DNA from: an uncultured Candidatus Peribacteria bacterium
Lineage (GTDB): Bacteria; Patescibacteriota; Gracilibacteria; BD1-5; UBA2023
NCBI GenBank assembly: GCA_964540725.1
Contig: CAZINU010000001.1
Span: 159,419-223,418 of the forward strand
DNA length: 64,000 nt
Direction of reading: 5' to 3'
Shown here piece by piece: positions 57,983-64,000 of the stretch (positions within the stretch are counted from its first letter, which is position 1; every line of letters starts with the position of its first letter). The translations under genes were made by a program, and so were the position numbers. The notes beneath the pieces were generated by a model. The model did no database searches and was not told where the DNA came from. It saw nothing but the letters and a program-made list of their open reading frames with translations.

Positions 57983-59263
57983 TTATGCCGTAGTTATCAA
58001 AGAAGGAGCGTCCTCTTTCATTTTAGCCAACAAGGGCGAATAAAGCGATAGCTGTTGATTTTTTATACCCATGATATGGGGTTTCATTGCTCGCGCTGCT
58101 TCGCTCATAACTGGAACGACGACGGAGTTTCCGAATTGCCTATAAGCTTGGGTGTCGGAGACCGGGATTTTGAAAGAATCGGGAAATCACATCAGACGCG
58201 CGCATTCACGGGGTGTAAGTCGCCTTGGATTCTTATTTTTACCCCTTGAGACGAGTATTTCCGAACCATCTTTGTAATATCGGGCGGAGAGAGTTCGACT
58301 TGTGTCATTCGGCGTCACCAATCCGAATCAGAACCCATTTCACTTCGCCTTGTGCTTCTCGGCGTATCATTGTAAGTATGCCCACAGCTTGTCTGATAGG
58401 GTGAACTTCGATTGAACTTTTCATTTGGAACCGTGAATGTACCTATTTCCATCATGTTCAATTGGCAATTCCGTTCCGTCCTCTGGATGAAGGATGAAGT
58501 TCATCTTCGGTGCCGATAATGGAATGTTGAAGGAGTCCCATGAAAAATCAGTCTTCTCCCTGAATCCAACTATCAGTATTCGTTCCCGATGTTGTGGAAC
58601 CCAAGATTTTCCATCTACGACCTTCCAATGTACGTCATAACCCAATTCATCTCGTAATGTTTGTAAGATTACGCGGAACGTATTGCCTTTATCATGGGAA
58701 ACAAGATTTTTTACGTTTTCCAGCAAGAAAGCCGAAGGGCGTTTTTCTGCGATAATTCTTGCGACATCAAAAAAAAGAGTTCATTGGGTGGTACATTCGA
58801 AACCATGAGGACGACCAAGGGAGTTCTTTTTACTTACCCCAGCGATAGAGAATGGCTGACAAGGGAAACCTGCCAGCAATACATCATGATTCGGTATATC
58901 TTTCGCTTCAACTTTGGTAATATCTCACTCCACCTTGTGATCCTCCCCGAAGTTCTCGACGTAAGTTTTTACTGACCAAGGACTCCATTCGCTCGTAAAC
59001 ACGCACTTTCCGCCTGCTTGTTCGAAACCAAGGCGAATGCCACCGATTCAGGCGAAGAGGTCTATGAACGTGAAATCTTGTCCGCCATTTGTTCAGTTCT
59101 TGGAGGAAAGGGCTTCTTTAAGGGCTGGGATTATCAAGGATGGGGTGGGGATTTCACCTTTTTCCCAACGTCGAATGGTACGAGAGTTCCTTCATAAAAT
59201 GTTCGCGATTTCTCATTGAGAAAAGCGTAATCGGGCCTTTGCGAGCATTTCTTGCGGACTCAT
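57983..59263 (-). CDS. DNA cytosine-5 methyltransferase with N-terminal HTH (11 in-frame TGAs)
   Basis: An Xre-like HTH (SQ-[G]-EIANIL-[G][13 protein letters not shown]) precedes the methylase motifs. These are motif I FIDLFA-[G]-IGG, motif [10 protein letters not shown], motif VI ENV, motif [24 protein letters not shown]-[G]-FPD and QFGNSV. Confidence 0.9.
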
Positions 59264-59308
59264 ATTTTCGTTTTACTGGGTAAGATTTCGGACAAAATAT
59301 CCGGATTC

Positions 59309-59345
59309 TGACACATGTCAAAAGGCATTTTATGTATTTTTACAT
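59309..59345. promoter_or_regulatory. Palindromes in the AT-rich region upstream of the methylase (candidate operators)
   Basis: TGACA-ca-TGTCA lies at 59309-59320 and ATGTA-tttt-TACAT at 59332-59345. Confidence 0.35.
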
Positions 59346-59501
59346 AAAACCATATGTAATTTATAAGCGAAACACAATTTATTTGTGGATTTACTCGTCT
59401 CAAAGAAGAAAAGCCTCCGTTAATCTCGCTAAATCGTCAGGCTTACAGCCTTTCATAAAGAGTTCTAACACTGCCTCCTCGGGTCAGCCATTCTCGAATC
59501 A

Positions 59502-59706
59502 AAAATCCCCCGAAAGGGGGATTTGTTGTTCGAGAAGGCGGGGTAGAGGGATTCGAAGCCGCCGCCTTCCGTCTCGTCCGCCGGAGGCGGCGAGGCGGTA
59601 CGGAGCCACTATTCGTGGCTCCGTAGGCAAGGGGTTCCGAGGAACGAGCGTCCGGCGCCGCATCGCGGCCCGGCGCGACATTCCGAGGAAAGAATCCCTC
59701 TACCCC
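59502..59706 (-). ncRNA. Structured element B (candidate ncRNA) with terminator; paralogue of element A
   Basis: On the minus strand the 5' arm GGGGTAGAGGGATTC (59706-59692) pairs with the 3' arm GAATCCCTCTACCCC inside 59540-59557. Internal hairpins are present, for example ACGGAGCCAC-gaata-GTGGCTCCGT. The shared 20-nt core is at 59627-59646. An AAATCCCCC-tttc-GGGGGATTTTT terminator lies at 59503-59524. Confidence 0.35.
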
Positions 59707-59936
59707 TCCGCAAGTTTCCAACGAACGGGGGCGTATCGTTCCAACATTCCTCTATCCCCAGTACGCGGAGGGGTTTCTTCCCGAAAGCCACCGTATCGAA
59801 TCCTTCCAAATTTCGATTTGCTTTTTCTTTCGGAATCCATAGAGTCTTCGGGCTCAAAAAGGCGGGAAGGGTTTTTCGCCTGTTGATTCGGAGTGATTTT
59901 TCCATATACTCCCCACCGTCATTTTTCATTCGTACC

Positions 59937-60248
59937 ATGCTCGCAGTCGTAGAAATCGGAGGAAAGCAATACACCGTCAAAGCCGGTGACGTCATCGAAG
60001 TCGACAATCAGAACGCCGAAGTCGGCGCGAAGATTACGGCCGTTCCCCTTCTCGTCGCGAAGGAAGACGGTTCTGACGTCAAGGTCGGCACCCCGTCCGT
60101 TGAAGGATCCGAAGTTACCCTCAAGGTTCTCGAGAACTTCCAGGGCGACAAGATTCGCGTATTCAAGATGAAGTCCAAAAAGCGCTATTCCCGAACCCGG
60201 GGTTTCCGCGCGAGCCTCACGAAGCTTGAAGTCGTAAAAATCGCGTAA
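59937..60248 (+). CDS. rplU: Ribosomal protein L21
   Basis: MLAVVEIGGKQYTVKAGDVIEVD...KIRVFKMKSKKRYSRTRGFRASLTKLEV. Confidence 0.95.
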   Translation: MLAVVEIGGKQYTVKAGDVIEVDNQNAEVGAKITAVPLLVAKEDGSDVKVGTPSVEGSEVTLKVLENFQGDKIRVFKMKSKKRYSRTRGFRASLTKLEVVKIA

Positions 60249-60326
60249 AGGAGGGGGCCCGTCCGCCGCTTTCGCGATTTTCCAAAATCGTTCGCGGCCG
60301 ACGGATTTATTCCTAAACGGCAGTGA

Positions 60327-61388
60327 ATGCGTTTCAAGGTCAACGTTCGGGCCCGTCTCGAACGTCACGTACGCAATAGCCACGCCCTTCAAAAGAGCGG
60401 CGTCTACCAAATCGTTCGCAGGTTCCGGCTCCTTACGGTACTGGTTACCATCCTGCTTCCCGTATATCCGTCCTTCGGCGCGTTCGTCCTTCCCGACGAA
60501 ACGACCGTCGGCGATTATGACGAATCCACCATTATCGCCGCTTACCAGGAAGACACTTCCGAGACGATGTTCTCGCAGGATTCCGGGTTCGTAAAGCCTT
60601 CGATAGCCATTCGAAACGGTCGCGATACCGAAGGGGTCAACCGGCTTTTACCGTACGAGGTCGAACCCGGCGACAGCCTTTCCGCCATCGCCGCGAAGTT
60701 CGGCGTGAGCGTCAATTCGGTCATATGGGCGAACGATTTCTCGAAGAATCCCGTTTTGAAACCCGGGCAGGTCGTCATGATTCCTCCGGTCACGGGTGTC
60801 GTCCATACCGTCGCATCCGGCGAAACCGTCGACGCGCTGGCGTCCAAGTACAAAATCGACGCTTCCAAAATCCGCAAGCAGAACGGAATCTCCGCGACGG
60901 GCGGGCTCGTTGCTGGGCAAACCGTCATCATTCCCGGGGGCGTCCGGGTCGTTCCTGTCATAAAAAGGGAAGAGAAACCCAAGCTCGTTGCCAAGACTCT
61001 TCCGAAAAGCATCGCGCCGGCCAAGACTCCGGGGAAGAAGAGTTATTCCGTAAAATATAACGGAAACGGCAAGGGGTTCGTGTGGGGAAATTGTACCTAC
61101 TACGTCGCGACCCATAAGAACGTCACGTGGCGCGGAAACGCGAACCAGTGGCTCCGGAACGCCGCTGCGGCTGGGGTTCCAACCGGAAAGGTTCCGGCAG
61201 CGGGGGCAATCGTGTCCTTTTCCGGACGGGGATACAATCCGTACTACGGGCACGTCGGCATCGTCAGCGGCGTCGACGGGAACGATATCATCGTGAAGGA
61301 TATGAACTACCGCCGTCTCGGCGAAGTGACGATCCGTCGAGTATCGAAGAGCGATCCCACCATTCGGGGATACATCTACGCCGATTAG
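60327..61388 (+). CDS. Peptidoglycan hydrolase: two LysM repeats plus C-terminal CHAP domain
   Basis: The LysM repeats are YEVEPGDSLSAIAAKFGVSVNSVIWAN and HTVASGETVDALASKYKIDASKIRKQN. The CHAP motifs are GNCTYYVA...WRGNANQW...GHVGIV. Confidence 0.85.
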   Translation: MRFKVNVRARLERHVRNSHALQKSGVYQIVRRFRLLTVLVTILLPVYPSFGAFVLPDETTVGDYDESTIIAAYQEDTSETMFSQDSGFVKPSIAIRNGRDTEGVNRLLPYEVEPGDSLSAIAAKFGVSVNSVIWANDFSKNPVLKPGQVVMIPPVTGVVHTVASGETVDALASKYKIDASKIRKQNGISATGGLVAGQTVIIPGGVRVVPVIKREEKPKLVAKTLPKSIAPAKTPGKKSYSVKYNGNGKGFVWGNCTYYVATHKNVTWRGNANQWLRNAAAAGVPTGKVPAAGAIVSFSGRGYNPYYGHVGIVSGVDGNDIIVKDMNYRRLGEVTIRRVSKSDPTIRGYIYAD

Positions 61389-61401
61389 TTCGGGAATTCT
61401 G

Positions 61402-61435
61402 AAAAATGCCCCACGGGAACGACGGGGCATTTTTC
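61402..61435 (+). terminator. Rho-independent terminator
   Basis: ATGCCCC-acgggaacgac-GGGGCAT is followed by T5. Confidence 0.55.
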
Positions 61436-61499
61436 AGTCTCGTCTGCCCATTCCCGTGGGCGGACGTTTCGGGATATTTCGCTTCAAGAAGGGTGCGAC

Positions 61500-62339
61500 C
61501 TATTTTCCCGACTGCCACAGGAACGCCTCGAACGTGTTTTCGAGAAGCATCGCGACGGTCATCGGGCCGACTCCGCCGGGAACGGGGGTAATGTCGGCGA
61601 TTCGGACGATTCCGTCGAAATCGGCATCGCCTACGAGTTTTCCATCCGAGGTCCGGTTAATGCCGACGTCGATGACGGTCGCCCCCGGTCGGACCATGTC
61701 GGGCTTCAGAAGCCCGGGGCTTCCCGCCGCCATGATCACGACGTCGGCGTTTTTCGTGTGTTCCGACAGATCGCGCGTTTTCGAGTGGCAGACAGTGACC
61801 GTCGCTCCGGCATTCGCCAGAAGGAGCGCGAGAGGCTTGCCGACGATGTTTCCGTTTCCCACGACCGTTACGTCCTTTCATTCTAGAAGGATTCCGTAAT
61901 GGGAAAGGAGCCGGAGGATTCCCTTCGGGGTACAGGGAACGAAACCGCTTTGACGGTTAAGGAAAATTCCGGACACGCTCGCCTGAGTGAATCCGTCGAC
62001 GTCCTTTTCGGGCGAAATCGCGTCGACGACGGCATTTCGGTCCACGTGGGCGGGAAGGGGGAGTTGGACGATGATCGCATGGGTCCCCGAGTCGTTGTTC
62101 CGATCCCGAACGACATCGAGCACGTTTTTCGTCGACGCGTTTTCGGAAAGTTCGACGAGTTCGAATTCCATGCCGACTTCCTCGCAAGCCCGACGTTTTT
62201 GTCGCACGTACGCCAGGCTTGCCGGATTCTCGCCCACGAGGACTACCGAGAGTTTCGGGCGTCCGTCGCAACGCGAAACGCGCTCCGAAAGCGAATTTCG
62301 AATTTCGGTCGCGAGGGTACGTCCTTCCAATATGGCCAT
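61500..62339 (-). CDS. folD: Bifunctional methylenetetrahydrofolate dehydrogenase/cyclohydrolase FolD
   Basis: Two fragments share a frame. The TGA at 61878 restores ILLE-[G][17 protein letters not shown]. The product also has VQLPLP and [14 protein letters not shown]. Confidence 0.9.
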
Positions 62340-62482
62340 AGGTTCGGTCGGGGTTCGGAAACGGAAAAACGGATGCGTGAGTATATCGAATCGGCCCGAT
62401 CGCGCAATTCTCGGGTCGACGTCGAGGCTTCGCGGGCAGCCGAAACATCGGAAAAGAATTGCTCCGGGATCGCGAAAAAAGC

Positions 62483-63196
62483 TTATGGAACCGTCGGATT
62501 CCGAACGTTCAGGCTTCCCGTTCGGAGATCGAGGAAAACGTCCTGGCTCCGGTATTTTTCACGAATGCCCAGCTCTTGCTTGTATCCAAGATTGAGTTTG
62601 AGCCGTACGACGTTCGCGAATTGCGGATCGATACAGCCCGGAATGGTCGGACACGACATCGTTCGGGCCCACATTTCGGTTCCGCGGACGAAGATGCCGA
62701 CGGTCGAACCGGTATATCCGATCGGATACCGCTCAAAGTTCGTTCCCGTCTCGTCCGACAATCGGAAAACCAACGCGTCGTTTTTGTCGTACCCCGAAAT
62801 CGACGCGATTCGGAAACGGGAATTCGGTTCTCCGAACATGGGCGCGGGAACGCTCGTTTCGTCGACGGTTCCGCAAACGTTCGATATCCGCCCCTGATCG
62901 TCGAAGGAAACGGAAGAGCCGGTAATGGCAAGGGGCGATACGGCGATAACGAAATCGGGACATCCTCCGGTAATGGTCGTACGTCCCGTAACGGCATTCG
63001 ATTTCGCGAAACGGATAATTGATTCGAATTTTTGCACGAACCCCCGAAGTTTCTCGATTTCGGTCTGCCGCTCGAAGTCGAAATTCCCCACCGTGACCGC
63101 CAGGATGCCGATAATCGCGATTACGACCATGAGTTCCGTGAGGGTGAAGGCGCGGCTTGAAACCATCCGGATGCGGTCGGAAAGGATTTTTTTCAT
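62483..63196 (-). CDS. Type IV pilin-like protein (prepilin N-terminal methylation motif)
   Basis: MKKILSDRIRMVSSRAFTLTELMVVIAIIGILAV carries the class III signal (G/A-FTLxE) plus a hydrophobic helix. Confidence 0.8.
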   Translation of the reverse strand: MKKILSDRIRMVSSRAFTLTELMVVIAIIGILAVTVGNFDFERQTEIEKLRGFVQKFESIIRFAKSNAVTGRTTITGGCPDFVIAVSPLAITGSSVSFDDQGRISNVCGTVDETSVPAPMFGEPNSRFRIASISGYDKNDALVFRLSDETGTNFERYPIGYTGSTVGIFVRGTEMWARTMSCPTIPGCIDPQFANVVRLKLNLGYKQELGIREKYRSQDVFLDLRTGSLNVRNPTVP

Positions 63197-63306
63197 GCGG
63201 AACGTTTGCAAATATGCCGATGGTATGGTATATTCGAGGGCAAGTCTTACGAAGTATACCGCTTCGGGGCCCCTCCGCAATATTATTTTCTTTCATTCCT
63301 TTTCGT

Positions 63307-64000
63307 ATGAAGCTTGCAAAAACGCTCGCAGCCTTCGCGATTGCCACCGCGTCCGTAGGATCGGCCCTCGCAGCAGAAGAAGCCGCTCCGGCCGCCGTCA
63401 CCGGCGCCACCGCCGCCACCACGATGGAAGCTCCGGCCGCCGACGCCGCCTCGGGAACCTCGGTTTCCCTGAACGTCGAAGGCGCCCCCGCCGTCGTCTC
63501 GACGACCGCCAACTCGGTTACCCTCCAGTGGAACAAGGTCGAAGCCGCCGTTTCTTACATCGTGAAGTATTCCGAGAAATCCGTCGCCACCTCCGCCGAA
63601 CCGAATCCGGTCTACGATAACGAAACCGCTCCGGTTACCGAAACCGGCGCTACCGTCGAAGGTCTCACCGAAGGAAAGACGTACTACTTCGCGGTCGTCG
63701 CCCTCGATAAGGACGGAAACGAATCCGATTCCCTCTCCGAGGAACTCGCCGTTATCCTCTCGGCCCCGGTTACCGCCTCCGGAACCTCCGCAGGTTTCGC
63801 TCTCGTTGCGGTAACCGTAAAGAACACCCGTTCCATGACGGTCGAATTCTCGGCCCCCCTCGGAACCGATCCGATCGAAGTGAAGCTCCAGAAGACCGCC
63901 AATAGCGCCACCATTCCGGTAGAATCCATCGTCGCCGATCCGATGAATCCGACGACCGCCACCGTCACCCTCGCCGCCGACCTCGAAGGCGATTCCACCT
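63307..64000 (+). CDS. Secreted protein with fibronectin type III-like domain(s), 3' partial at window end
   Basis: It is absent from the ORF track because no stop falls within the window. The signal is MKLAKTLAAFAIATASVGSALA. The FN3 pattern is SVTLQWNKVEAAVSYIVKYS...GLTEGKTYYFAVVALDKDGNES. Confidence 0.7.
   Translation, partial: MKLAKTLAAFAIATASVGSALAAEEAAPAAVTGATAATTMEAPAADAASGTSVSLNVEGAPAVVSTTANSVTLQWNKVEAAVSYIVKYSEKSVATSAEPNPVYDNETAPVTETGATVEGLTEGKTYYFAVVALDKDGNESDSLSEELAVILSAPVTASGTSAGFALVAVTVKNTRSMTVEFSAPLGTDPIEVKLQKTANSATIPVESIVADPMNPTTATVTLAADLEGDST

Larger units (their letters stand above)
51448..59706. mobile_element. ~8.3 kb integrated island at the 3' end of tRNA-Gln
   Basis: A serine recombinase gene abuts the tRNA. 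All island genes are on the minus strand. The 15 nt GAATCCCTCTACCCC of the tRNA (51428-51442) recurs as a direct repeat at 59692-59706. The restriction-modification part is visibly AT-richer than the flanks. Confidence 0.65.

Noticed and set aside
59535-59710. Element B (and element A at 40568-40690) as a true tRNA, tmRNA or tRNA pseudogene.
   Set aside because: There is no cloverleaf. The sequence 5' of the TTCGAAT loop cannot form a T-stem. The 15-bp terminal helix is far longer than an acceptor stem. I saw no tmRNA 5' consensus or tag ORF.

Overview
This is a GC-rich bacterial chromosome segment in which TGA is a sense codon. In about 20 genes an in-frame TGA falls exactly where a conserved motif needs glycine. 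Examples are Walker A, the ABC signature, RuvX GIDFGTKR, the MiaA P-loop, J-domain HPD-GG, Dcm FxGxGG and the FtsX C-terminus. The window therefore has to be read with translation table 25 (Gracilibacteria/Absconditabacteria-type, CPR-like). The supplied standard-code ORF track splits these genes, and I re-joined them by hand. Housekeeping content: ABC-F ATPase, an RsmF-like and an RsmE rRNA methyltransferase, TerC, smpB, uppS, ruvX, rplI, nusA, rnr, miaA, dus, clpB and dnaK (both behind CIRCE operators), rplK, ruvB, rplU, folD, a MacB/MFP/ATPase efflux set, an ABC exporter, tRNA-Glu(CUC) and tRNA-Gln(UUG). Cell-surface genes are also present: 3D/PG-binding, LysM-CHAP, CARDB, a pilin-like protein, an FN3 protein and a patatin. 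Accessory content: (1) a HEPN/MNT toxin-antitoxin pair. (2) A six-cistron cassette (18.46-22.3 kb) ending in an E2-like, a small and an E1/ThiF-like gene. Unlike the rest of the window, its cistrons carry strong Shine-Dalgarno sites and use TGA as an apparent stop. (3) A metallo-beta-lactamase/beta-CASP nuclease with a very long coiled-coil tail. (4) An ~8.3 kb island at tRNA-Gln with a large serine recombinase, a J-domain membrane protein and a heavily TGA-recoded EcoRII-like/Dcm restriction-modification pair. (5) Two paralogous terminator-flanked structured elements whose closing helices copy the T-arm/acceptor 3' half of the nearby tRNA. (6) A 257-bp gene-fragment duplication bracketing 4.26 kb. 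I saw no rRNA and no CRISPR array. All calls come from hand translation and motif recognition, with no database search, and TGA counts are my own hand counts.
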